A stretch of DNA of 63,585 nucleotides, counting the filler, from Collodictyon triciliatum (lineage: Eukaryota), in assembly GCA_043381765.1 (NCBI GenBank). It is 21 parts of 21 records of this genome, joined end to end, with 100 filler letters (N's around TTAATTAATTAA, not from the genome) between each part and the next. Parts side by side here need not be neighbours in the genome. Positions count along the whole stretch, not along the records: positions 24,604 to 27,574 come from JBHJMP010007987.1; positions 27,675 to 30,644 come from JBHJMP010007988.1; positions 30,745 to 33,714 come from JBHJMP010007989.1; positions 33,815 to 36,784 come from JBHJMP010007990.1; positions 36,885 to 39,854 come from JBHJMP010007991.1; 16 more parts are not named here. One strand, given 5' to 3'. The notes beneath the pieces are model-generated. The model ran no database searches. It was not told where the DNA came from and saw only the letters and a program-made list of their open reading frames with translations. A program made the position numbers and the translations under genes. Shown piece by piece: positions 25,443 through 37,728 of this stretch (within the stretch, counting starts at the first letter, position 1; each line of letters begins with the position of its first letter).

Positions 25443-27150
25443 TTATTTGGGTTTTCTTTTCTTTTCTTTTTTTGAGGGTGAAGAGAATGCACGTCGATTT
25501 GCTCCCTTCTGTTTTGTTTCCTCTTCTTTCTGGGTGATTAACTATCACCATTTAGCTTGGTTTAGATTTTCCAAACATACGTTTGACAAATGACAACTTT
25601 GGAGCCCCGGTTGGCGTCTGTGGCTTGGTCTCTGTGCTTTTTGCGGGTGCAGCTAGATTTGGATAGATATATTGATAGATAGATATTAATCCATCGTGCG
25701 ATAACCGAGACAGAAGAAGAAAATCGGCGTGACGAGAAAGCAAATGGATTGTGGAAAAAAAAATTTCTTTTATTCGATTCAAAGTTGGATTGTGTAAAAT
25801 TTTTATAAGAAAAAATAAATGAATGTAAAATGATTGAATGGAAGGCCAAATGATTAGGAACTGAAAAATAAATGACAAATGCTAGAGCTGGTGTTACTAT
25901 TGTTACTATCAGAAAGAAAAAAAGTTTGTGTAAACCCCCTGTCAGCAGATTGGTACATGTATATATATTTCAATAAATCGATGAATGAATCAAGGCAACA
26001 AACCAGAGACCCCATCAGGAACCGGCGCGCCTTCCAGGTCCTTTGCCGTGATTTCCTGCGAGGGGCTCGAGTTGAGAGGATTGACAAAGATCTCAAAGGA
26101 CTGGTCGACCTTTGGCGAGTGGATGCGGAACGACTCCTGTACTCGAGCCTTGGGCTGCATAGGACGCGACCCGCTATCAGTCGTGGCTGGGAGAGCGAGT
26201 GCAGCAGGATTGGACAAGTCCATCGACTGCGGACGCGGCGGCGGCGCGCCGAGCGGACGTGGCTTTGCTGCACGCGCTTTGGGCTGCATCGGCGGGATGG
26301 TCTGGACCGATGGCGGCGATGCGCTGGGGCTGTGTGGCGGGTGCTCAAAGGTTGTCCACTCCAGCGGCTCGCGGAGCGTGTTTCCGCGGCGACACGAGAC
26401 GCTCGGGTTGTGTAGGGCCATCATGATGAGGTTTTGGTCGGCCTCGTCTGTGGACACAGGGTTTGCTTCAGGCAAGGCAGCCGAGCGAAAGGAGGCGGCG
26501 GGCGGCGGAGGCGGCGGAGGCGGAGGCGGTGGGGTTGATTGTGTCGGGACAGACGGACTTTGTGGTAATTCTTGTACAGGCTTTTGAATCTGTGTCTGTG
26601 TCTGTGTCTGTGTCTGCATCTGTATCTGTGGTGCCTGTGCCTGTGTTTGTGTCTGTATGCCTTTTTGTGAACGATAGGAGGAGAGACGTGCCGTGAGTTT
26701 TGGTGATTAGGACAAATGCGGCCTCAGTGCACAGCGCTTGGCGATGACAGACTTACTTGCTAGTTCCGGGTGCAGAGCCTTAAGATCCTTCAGGACAATG
26801 GCCATGGACGGGCGGCCTTCCATGTCGAAGGAGCAGCACCGGAAAGTGAGGGATGCGTAGGATGGCGGTGTGTCTCGAGGCAGGCGCTGCTTGGCGTGGA
26901 TCATGTCGACTCCCCGACTGACGTTATGGCGGATGCAGTCTTGGTTTGGTTTCTGTCGAAAGATGATTTCCAGCATCACGATGCCGAACGAAAACACATC
27001 TGCTCGGTCGTCGTATGCATAACCCTGGGCAACTTCCGGCGGAATCCAGTCTTCAGTGCCGCAGATTGTCATACGGCGAGCTATTCCGTCGTTTTCCACA
27101 GTTCTGGCAAGACCAAAGTCGCATATTTTAATTTTAAAGTGCTCGTCGAC
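25443..27150 (-). CDS. TKL-group (LIM kinase/LISK-like) protein kinase, C-terminal part with Pro-rich tail
   Basis: KICDFGLAR...MTICGTEDWIPPEV...DVFSFGIV...RPS in exon 27150-26757; Pro-rich exon 26660-~26003; short terminal exons to TAA at 25443. Confidence 0.85.
25767..25785 (-). mobile_element. Family A micro-retroinsertion (minus strand, in a kinase intron)
   Basis: Reverse complement ACTTTGAATCGAATAAAAG, flanked by TGGATTGTGGAAAA..TTT (from 25745) and TGGATTGTGTAAAATTT (from 25786). Confidence 0.7.
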
Positions 27151-30100
27151 CTGCGAGGTGTGAACCGGATAAGAAGTGTTTCCGTTATTTAGTGAGCATT
27201 AGTGATTTTAAGTAAATATTCTTATCAATTTTATATATATATATATTACTGGTATTACTATTGCTATTGAAACCATATATATGTAATGAAACTAGGAAAG
27301 AAGACAAGACAAAGGGACATATAAATGATATATGGACATGTCAAAATGAATTTGATCATGAATTAAGGTCAGAAAACTCAATCTTGTACAAGTTAAAGGG
27401 ATGATAAATAAATATACAATAATTCAATCATGTATTAATATGATCATGATCACGGTCTATGTAATGTGCATCTTTTCTTGTTTCAATTATTCATGGTTTC
27501 AGTGATTTTGAGGTTGTTGTTGTTGTTGGGTGTTTTTTTTTCAGAAAAGGCAATAATTAATAAAGTAAAAAAAANNNNNNNNNNNNNNNNNNNNNNNNNN
27601 NNNNNNNNNNNNNNNNNNTTAATTAATTAANNNNNNNNNNNNNNNNNNNNNNNNNNNNNNNNNNNNNNNNNNNNTTTCCTGTGTTTGAATATTCTTACTT
27701 CTCTGCTATAACTATTATGTTAATATTTCTAAAATAAAAGTGAGACTGTTTCACCTGGGCATTTTTCTATGTTACTGTCTTTTACCAAAAAAAAATATTG
27801 CCCGATCCTTTTTTTTGGGGGGTTTCTTTTGCAAACATGAGTACCCCACAACATTATTTTTGCCTACTGTGTGGTAAAAAAGAATGGATTGAAATTTTAT
27901 GTTTGTGTCTTGTTTTCATTCTTGGAAATTTTAAATTTTAATGTCATAAAGAACGATAACCTCAAAATTTGCATTTTAACCCAAAAAAATAGATTGAAAA
28001 AGTGGACTTTGATATCACCCATGCAATTTATGGTAAATTTCTGTGTCAAAATCAGATACGAATATCTGGCTGTTATATTAAAAATGGATCTTATGATAAA
28101 AAATAGCACAATTATACTCGAGAACCTCTGATTTAATATATATGAGCATGGTTGCATATATTTACTTAATTCGACCCCTGTTCAATGAATATTTGTATGC
28201 AAGATGATTACTATGATGCATTTTTATGTGTTTATTCATTTAATTTACCACAGGGGTGATATGAACCCAATTAATAAGAAAACGGAAAAGAGAACAAAGG
28301 CGGTTTCCTCGGCTTTCTTTTCTCACATTAAACTGTTGAAAAGAAAACAAAAAAAAAAGAAAATGTAAAAGAGCTATATACAACTCTCCCTTCTTCAAAC
28401 GTGTTCTGACCCGAAATTCGTTGAAGGTATATCTTTGTATATCTTTATATCATGTCATGACACATTTATGGTTTGTTTTTCCGTTTTCTTTTCACATATT
28501 TAAATTGATTGCAACAACTGGAATTACATATTGCATGATTGATATGAACCCTGTCATAATATGATCTAGTGTGTATTAACTGCTGAATAATGTATAATAA
28601 TCAAAGTCTAGGGACTACTCCAGCTATACATATTATTTTTTTTGCACAAGCTTAAAGGAAGAACAGAAAACTAGGTTGCATTAAATTTTGTTACAAATTG
28701 TCTTAACTTCAAATGTGATTGTAATAACTTACTTTTCTGATGACGATGAAGCTTTCAACATGATTCATATTCTTTATATTGCTTTTTTTTTATGATTTGG
28801 TGAGGGGTATGAAAGACCCTTTCAAAGTATGTGGTGAAACGCTGTAGGAAAGATTCTACTGTTTATTCGATTTAATGGAATGATTTTTGGTTTATCTTTA
28901 TGAGTTATGATTTTGTTTTCTGTGCCTTGTTTGAGGAAAATGACGAGTACCAGAGTCGGGTCAAGAACGCTTGGTAGAGAAACTGAAATGGATGCTCATC
29001 AATACAGACCCATGACAGTTTCTGGATCAAATAAAATAAAGAAATATACACTCTAACCCTGAATTATAGCTCCAAAGAGCTGATGCTTTTAGGACATCAA
29101 CGTCTGAATACCGGAGCGCGGTCTATTTTCATTTAGTCATATACCGTGATATCTAGCTTATATGATATAGAATAATATTCACAAATAAGTTTTAGGTATT
29201 GGAGAGCAATCTTACTATCTAATATCTCAAAAAGAGATGCAATTGTACTGGATGATTAATGAAAAATAACCGTTTTGGTGGAAAAAAAAGCAACAATTTA
29301 TCAAGCATGTAAACAATATTTAGGATTCAGAATGCAATATTAATGGATTTTGTATCCGTGCATTCCAAATTTCTATGTATAGATATAACAATCATAACCC
29401 CAAAATAATAGATATAACACGTTAGAATATCGGTCGTGTTCTCTAACCCAAAATTTAAGGATGCATCTTTACTCATATCGGCAATTCCGGACACCAATAC
29501 ACTCAGACAGCTATCCTAAATTTTGTACCAGACTTGAATTTAAATGAATAGGATGTATAATATAGATATTTGGATATAAAGATTTACATACTATAACCTT
29601 TCTTATTTGCAATCGGTATATATTTTCTCTTGAACTGCGCTTGTATCTGAATAGAAATGCTTCAATAACTGAAGAATCTATTATAGTTCTGTTGTCTCAT
29701 ATAATGCTCTTTTGATTGTATGAAGCATTCTATGTTTGCTATCTCCATTTAAAATATGCAAATTTTAAAAAAAAGGAATATGCATAATTTAGAGCAAGAA
29801 AATAGCATCATAAAGCAATACATCACAAATTTAAAATTATTATAATGGGAATAGATAAAGCAAGAGGCTTATGCGATAACAAATAAAAAATGGAATCAAA
29901 AAATAACCCTAATACTTAGAATTGAAAACATCTGTGAAAAGGAATATCTGTGTAGCCATTTTTCTCTTGCATTTCTCATCTCTGAAACAGTTTGCATTCA
30001 TCTGCACTTGAAATGTCTCTGTATATTGTCTCTCTCTTGTCACATTTTTTTCTTGGTTGCTACCACTTACTCGCTTGACCTCACCACGTATGACCTTATA

Positions 30101-30539
30101 TCATCTCATCTCATCTCATCTCATTTTATCTCACCTCGTCTCATCAAATACCATCACATATACAAATCTTCTTTTGTAATTTCATCTCATCTCATACCAT
30201 TCTGCTCCATTTTTGCTCCTCTACACGAATCTGTGCTCACCTGCACTTCAAAAATCCTCCTCTTTCTGTCTTGTTCTTGTCTCCGTTCCTTGGTCGATGC
30301 CCTGTGCTTCATCTCATCCCATCTTCTGATCTCCGTTCCTTGGTCGGTGCCATGTCGGGCTTAGCTACCATCTCCTCTCTTTTTCTCACTCACTCCTCTT
30401 AGTTCCTTGGTTGCTACCGTCTTAGATTTTTCTATTACCTCATCTGCTGTTCGTTCCTTGGTTGCTGCCATCTCGGGTTTCGATATAATCTCCTCTTCTC
30501 TCTGTTCCTTGGTCTCTGCCAACTCTGTTTCGTTTGATT

Positions 30540-30644
30540 TATTTTTTTTATTCTTCCTTTCAATTTTGTGCAGGATGGTGAAGATGTTGGCTTTGGTTCG
30601 CTAGCCATCGTTTGCATGGACGCTACTTGGTGGCCGGGTGACGG
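30540..30644 (-). mobile_element. LINE family B 3' end (runs into the gap)
   Basis: Near-identical to ~3462-3560; ends CACAAAATTGAAAGGAAGAATAAAAAAA on the minus strand. Confidence 0.85.
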
Positions 30645-30838
30645 NNNNNNNNNNNNNNNNNNNNNNNNNNNNNNNNNNNNNNNNNNNNTTAATTAATTAA
30701 NNNNNNNNNNNNNNNNNNNNNNNNNNNNNNNNNNNNNNNNNNNNTTTTTCTTTTTTTTTTTTTTTTCTTTTTTTCTTTTTTTCTTTTTTTCTTTTTTTCT
30801 TTTTTTCTTTTTTTCTTTTTTTCTTTTTTGGCAATCAG

Positions 30839-33528
30839 AAAACGAAAGTTTGAATGCGGATTTTGATTCCAAGCTGGCAGATTTGGAAAAAATTGAAGAT
30901 GAACTGAGACGCTCAAATATACAGTAATTTGTAATCAAAAATCGAAAAATCACACGATATAAGTCTAACCTTTTAGCTGCTATAATACTTGACATCTAAA
31001 CAGGCTTGGCGAGGAAGTCAAATTTCTAAGAGAACAAATGGAGCCTCTCCTTGCTGACCAAGAAACCCTTCACAAGATACAGCGTCATAAACATGACTAC
31101 CAAAGTTTGACGAATAGAATTAGGCGTATTTTTTCAAGGCTAGGTCTGGTGTAAATAATTATCACATTAAATTATAGAAACATCATGGAAAAAATCATAT
31201 TTTTAATTACGCCATTCGTGTTTGTTTGTTTGTTTGTTTGTTTGTTTGTTTGTTTGTTTGTTTGTTTGTTTGTTTGTTTGTTTTATTCTCAATTTGCGCA
31301 AGTTAGTGGAAGTTTCGCACCATTCTCGTTATTATTACTAAAAGTAAATCAATACAAATGAACTGCAGGAAAATACTGCGACTTTATAGAGACCAATGAA
31401 TTTATTGAATTTACTGAGGATGATTTTGACCGCATCAGGAAACTGATGGATGAGGAAGATAGTCTTAATAGATTGGAAGGAAGCGACCCTTTCTTCCCTG
31501 TAATCTTTTCCTCGATATTTTTTTGTCGCTATACGACTATGTTCGGCTTTGATTAAACTAATCTAAATGATTATTTTTTTACCCCAATATGAATGAAAGG
31601 ATGAAGCAGAGTTGGTCAAATGGATCGGTGATGTTGAGCTTCTGTGGAAATTCTGTCAGAATGTAAAGCACCTGGACTGCATGTAAAAATTATTTTTTGG
31701 ATGGTTTTCATTCTGACTACCTTTACGGTAATAGCAACACATGATGATAGTGGAATTGAAGGACGCTGAACAAGAGGATCGGAGGATTCTTTTGGATCTC
31801 CATGCGGAACTGAAGGTGCAGCTTTGTGTCCTTTCGTATACAACCTAGTGAAATGCTAATATAATTATCGACATTCGCTTCTTTACTGCAGTTCATTATT
31901 AAGTTTTCAGAATATTCTTGTCTATGGAAATAGGAAAAGGAATCAAAAATAGCACCGAGATATTATCAGACAAAAGAAATTCAGACGAACGATGCTCCTC
32001 TTCCAGATAAAGAAGAGGCTGTTTGTGAATGAAAATAGAAAAGGCTGCACACTTCATAATTTCCTATACCTATGATAAAAAAAAACTACTTTCCTCAAAT
32101 TTGTATATGGTGATATATTAATTAATTCGCGACTCTATTATTCTTACAGAAAGTCGCACTTGATAGTCCCATTTCATCTTTCAACTCTTCATGGGATTAC
32201 TTGCTGTCCAAAAAAAGAACACGTGAGAATCACCTTACGTAAACTAATTACATTATTAACCTATTAGTCCCATAACACTAAGAAAAAATAGCGTTTAATA
32301 ATAATAGTAACAAATATATATCAGTAATTAGAAGAATAAAAAATATGAAAATGAGAATAAATTGTAGATATATACTTAGCTACCGTCATTGATTTATCTC
32401 ATAATTCAGTGTACTGTGACAAAGTAAATATAAGAAAGTATAAATTTTCTTATTCTTTATCTGACAATAGCTTCCTCTCAAGTGCCGACTCAGTCAGACC
32501 TATACAAAACCATTCTCCACATTTACAAAGAAAAGATAAAGGCGGACGCCACTGACGAGTTAGAAAATACCCCGAAGCAGACCTTTCCTGAATTTATTTA
32601 TGATATGAGCCTAGCAAAATACGGTGTTCGAAGCGTAGCAGAACAAGTTGGCACTGATGCGTTACCAACAAGACATTATCCCTTTACATAAACTATATGC
32701 ATTTGTTTTATTTATTTATCTTTCTATTAACTATAACAATGGGAAATTGTGATTCAGTATGTTATTGACGTTATGGAGGCATGTCGTCGTTTCTCCACGC
32801 GAGATAAAAGAACACGGCTCTTTGCGTCTATTATTGGGGTTGTGAATCCCTTTGATGAGACAATAGTCGATTTCTTTCTGTAAGAATTCATAACACATAA
32901 TTTTACCTAATAAGATTGACCAAAAACAATCTATGAAATCAAAATTATTACGAAAATACGAACAATTGAAAAATGAAATCTTGTACCTAGTGACACATTG
33001 AACCAGATATTGGACTCTGATGTGGGTTTCAGTTTTGAAGAGTCGGTTGACGGAAGGTATTTCTAAATTTATATATGCATTAAGGCACAGTTTATTATAT
33101 AGCTTATTGTGCGAGCTAAGTTAAAGAATATTCTCTTTAACTAAAATATTTTATTTCTAGCTTGGTCCTGTAGATAATTTACTACCGTTAGCTGATATAA
33201 ATATATTATTGTTAATTTCTTTAATTTCTTTAATTGGTATCAAACGCTAGATGGATTGTGGATATTTCTCGTGCAAGTGCAATTGTTAAGAGTGTTTTTG
33301 GAACAGCATCCTTTGTCAGCAGCGATGAAATTAGTGACCATATCAAAGAAATATCTCTAACTATTCCAAGGCCAAGGTAAGAATATGATACCTATTAATT
33401 AACCAATATTTGACCGGTACCGCATTAGGATTATCATTGGCTGTTTTTTTAAATCCCCATCTATTCGTAAAATTATACAGCCAGGCAGAGTATGAGGCCA
33501 GCCCCAGTCACCGAAACCAACGGAAACG
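30839..33528 (+). CDS. Multi-exon coiled-coil protein with a TSNAXIP1-like domain (partial)
   Basis: Short GT-AG exons; IYKEKIKAD...FPEFIYD...KYGVRSVAEQ|YVIDVMEACRRF...RLFASI resembles the TSNAXIP1-type helical domain (from memory). Confidence 0.5.
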
Positions 33529-33983
33529 TGTACGTGAATAAGTCTCTATTGAAGATTCTGTGTGTTCGTTTGCTCCTTTTTGTTTTTGTTTTTGTTTTTG
33601 TTTTTGTTTTTGTTTTTGTTTTTGTTTTTGTTTTTGTTTTTGTTTTTGTTTTTGTTTTTGTTTTTGTTTTTGTTTTTGTTCTTGTTCTTGTTCTTGTTCT
33701 TGTTCTTGTTTTCTNNNNNNNNNNNNNNNNNNNNNNNNNNNNNNNNNNNNNNNNNNNNTTAATTAATTAANNNNNNNNNNNNNNNNNNNNNNNNNNNNNN
33801 NNNNNNNNNNNNNNTTTGTGTTTTGTGTGTTTTGTGTGTTTTGTGTGTTTTGTGTGTTTTGTGTGTTTTGTGTGTTTTGTGTGTTTTGTGTGTTTTGTGT
33901 GTTTTGTGTGTTTTTTTCCGCAACCCTTCAGACGAAAGCTTTTTCTCGATAAAGAAAGCGCTCGGGCGTCAGGTGGCACTGAA

Positions 33984-35492
33984 ATGGCAGGAACGACGCG
34001 TCACGACGAGGTTGCCCAGGAACTGAAGCAGCTTATGGTGTGATCATCATTTTCTTTCAGAGATATACGATTTATGAAAATAATACAAACAATGAATATG
34101 AAACTTTCTCATCCAAAACGTGTGCTTATTAACATCCCATCACAATAAGCGTCACCGGGTGGGGTGATTGCTATTACATGAAACAAAAATACCACAGCTT
34201 TTTTTCTTTCCTGTAGTAATACGTGCTTCTGTAGGGCTTTGTTACCAACATCGGTGCTGAATTCGCACGAAGCAAACAAACTAACTCAGTAAACAAACAC
34301 ACATCAATATCAACTTTAGCAAGTAAACCTGCACCTTTCCATGTCTTCTTTTTATGTTAATTTTTTCCCCCACTGCAGTCATCACTGATATCAATCAAAA
34401 TAGATTCAAGAGATGGAAAACCTCGTTCGTGAAATCATAGAGCTGGACTTTGAGGTTAGCCATATTAAAAGCATCCAACAAAAATCCACTGAAGCTATTC
34501 GAGAGATGGTTTGTTATTTCTAATTCGATTTTTTTTTTAAAAAAAAAGAATAATGGTCTTATGCAGTATTAACATGTGATAATGTTTCCAAAAATGACGA
34601 TTAAAGTTAGTTCCCAGGAACCAGACCATATCAAAATTCGCTCATAAGAAAAAAATCGGCCTCACTTGTAAATACCACAGAATCATGAAACAGCCATCGA
34701 AAAGGTTTTGGAAAGTATCGCTTCTGCACCCCGGAAAACGGGGCCTGTTGAATCACACACATTTATGTCAAACTTTCGAAGGGAAGTTCAAGTAAATGTT
34801 TTTTTAAGCCATATTTATAAAGTGGTATTTAAACCAAATTATCTCATTACACCTTGGTGTGTTGTTTCTGTGCCTCCCTTGAATAATAACATCATACACT
34901 CGAAACATTTAGAGAAATATCCCTCAGGCTGAAGACGAGGATATAGAAACGATTGCAGAGACGGGTGCCAATAAATGCCCACTATCCCTCAAGCTATTGA
35001 TTGACCCAATGAAAAAGTAACCAATGTATTATTATGAACATACGAGACTCACTCATTTAATGAGAAATATTCCATATTAAACATCATTCGCTTCCATAGC
35101 ATATATTTCAACCCTTAATCTTTGGGATTTAATAAACCAAAATTACTCAAAGCACAAACTGTGGACATCATTATGACCGAGATACAATTTTTGGATTTTT
35201 AAAGAGAAGTGGACAAAAGGCATGCCCTGTAACTGGTGAGTTGACACCGAATGGATAGGAATAAGACTTCTCGTTCTAGCATATGAAGTAAAAGAAAGTT
35301 TTGATATCTCATACTTCAATAAGCTTTCATCGGCATCTCCATTTCCTCTGAAATATAGGTTGCTCTGCTTTGGTGCAGCAAGATGCACTTATTTATGATG
35401 CAGAAAAGAAGAGTCAAGTCGAGCAGGAATTTCGCAAGCAAAAATCAAGGCGGCATGACGATGAGGAGACCGTCAGCGTTGACTTAACGTGA
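33984..35492 (+). CDS. NSMCE2: E3 SUMO ligase NSE2/MMS21 (Smc5/6 complex), SP-RING zinc finger
   Basis: Helical N-terminal exons, then CPLSLKLLIDPMKN|TNCGHHYDRDTIFGFLKRSGQKACPVTG|C; stop TGA at 35492. Confidence 0.8.
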
Positions 35493-36244
35493 CACGTTTG
35501 GCATATAAAACTTAGTCCCCCAATTATTCCCCTAAAATATCCAGTGAGCGTAATCGTAGGCTTTTTCTTATATGTTAAAAAAATTAGCAAATATTGATGC
35601 CACATTTAAAAAAAAACTGGAATAGATGAGCAGCGCTGCAATCCCAAGTATAATATGCTTAGACGAGAGAGAAAAACGGCATTCATATTTTTGCAAAAAA
35701 ATAAAATAAAATAAATATATATGTGTCATAAAAAAGGGATTATATTCACCAAATCTAGAAATGAAGAAATATGAAGGGTTCATCAATTAAGACTTTTTGA
35801 TGGCTCGATAAATGCTATTTAAAGAAAATAATAACAATTGTAAATCTTCAGATGTAATAATAACATGCAACGAGCACAAAAATGTAAAGAAAATTATCAT
35901 ACATACTCTGAGAAAAATTCATAACATTAATTTACCCACACTACACTTTTATGCATGCATTTTTTGAAATCATATTTTATATTACACTAGGAAAAAAATA
36001 TATTTTACTCTTTGTTTTCTGCAATAAGGAAATACACACCCTAAATGTATACTCCCTCTATTATTTGCATAGCATGTCCCTAACAAGGTAGCGCTGTACT
36101 ATTTGATCAAAGGTGCCAGTTTGGTTTAGTCCAACTACGACCGCCCTGATATCGAATTGCTATATCCCACGGAAAGTTCATCTAGCTTTACTATAAAATA
36201 ACAACTAATTTTTAGGTGAAAAATAATTTAAGGTTTTATGTTTT

Positions 36245-36542
36245 CATCATTAAATTTTGTGCAGGATGGTGGGGATGTTTGCTTTGGTTCGCTGGTCATT
36301 GTTTGCATGGATGCTACTTGTTGGCCGGGTGGCGGAGAAGTAGTCGGTAATCAGGAATTGCATCCTGCGCTTTGGTCTGTAGCTTGGGTCTTGTGCTTGC
36401 ATGAGAGATACAAGGCGAGGTTTAATATCTCCTTCTCAGCTTCTTTCCACATGTCTCTTCTCGCAGGGTCGGAGTAGTAGAGAACGTGCAGGTGGCGAAG
36501 AAAGATATTGAGGAAAGAGATTTGTATGATGTCATTCAGCCT
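36245..36542 (-). mobile_element. LINE family B 3' fragment (~300 nt, diverged)
   Basis: Collinear with ~3254-3545; has TAC and CAG where the contig-2 copy has TAA and TAG. Confidence 0.85.
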
Positions 36543-36543
36543 G

Positions 36544-36585
36544 TGATATTTATTTATTCTAGATATATAGAATAAATAAATATCA
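36544..36585. repeat. Perfect 18-bp inverted repeat with 6-nt loop
   Basis: TGATATTTATTTATTCTA-gatata-TAGAATAAATAAATATCA. Confidence 0.95.
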
Positions 36586-36647
36586 GTTTATTTCGTGATT
36601 TATTGTTTTATGCGTTTTTTTACCTATTATTATATCTAATTCAATAT

Positions 36648-36784
36648 ATGGATAAAGATTTTGTTATATTGGACAAGTATTACAATGCACCCAAGCATAC
36701 CAATTCAGTTGCCGGACTCTGGGCGCTCGTAAAAGAATTTGGAATTAAAAAAAAGACTGTCGAGGAATTTCTCAAACAACAACC
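36648..36784 (+). mobile_element. N-terminus of a Polinton/Maverick-type (rve) integrase-like ORF, cut by the contig end
   Basis: MDKDFVILDKYYNAPKHTNSVAGLWALVKEFGIKKKTVEEFLKQQ matches the YY-x-P...S..xL....V.EFL..Q pattern that precedes Polinton-type integrase cores; the DDE core is not visible. Confidence 0.55.
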
Positions 36785-37434
36785 NNNNNNNNNNNNNNNN
36801 NNNNNNNNNNNNNNNNNNNNNNNNNNNNTTAATTAATTAANNNNNNNNNNNNNNNNNNNNNNNNNNNNNNNNNNNNNNNNNNNNTATTATTATTTGTTTC
36901 AAAGAGCTCGCTCCGTCTTATTCATAGGTTGATGTACTCACGGGTCGGTGGCAGCTGGCCTCTTGATCGTCGGTGTGTCTCGGTGCATAACCTGTGTTGC
37001 AAGGGATGAGGTAAAGTGACCTTTCCGCTCTCTGGGTTGGCTGAGTCGGCCTTCTCGGTATGCGTATGGTTAGCAGGCATTCATCGGCGCCGGTCTCCTG
37101 GTAGGCGGTCTCGTCCTTCTCGGGATCCCTCTTTTCGATCCCTTCCTTGCTTTTTTTTTTTTTTTGTCGACTTCAGAATGTGTTGGGTTGATAGAAGGAG
37201 GAAAGAGCCCCAGTTTAATAATATTATTTTCAGAGAGTGCGTCCTTTGTCTCTCAGTGTGATCATTTATTTATTCGCATTGCGACAAAGACTATGTGGGA
37301 GCAAAACTTCGGATCGGTTTTATCTTTAAGGCTACGAAGAGGACGACTCAGGATCGGGGGAATAGGGAATAGGGAAGGGAAGGGCTTGCTCGGCTTTGCT
37401 GCCGCGTGGAGTACGCGCATCCGTGTTCTTTGCG

Positions 37435-37693
37435 CTACGAGACAAACCATCGATCGGGGACCATGACAAAGTACTTTTCCATGGCCTGGCGGAATCTCAT
37501 CTGCGCAGACCCGAGACGAAGCATAGAAAGCAGGAAGAAGGAGATTGTCAGGAGGATAGGTCGCGGGTGATACCAGCAAACGGACTGAGACACTCGCCCA
37601 GCTTGTGGGTAATCAAGTGAAACCAAGCCAAGCAGATGAATGAACAAAAAAAAAAAAAGGAAAAAAGAAAAAGAGGAAGAAGAAAAAGAAAGG

Positions 37694-37728
<35 letters not shown>

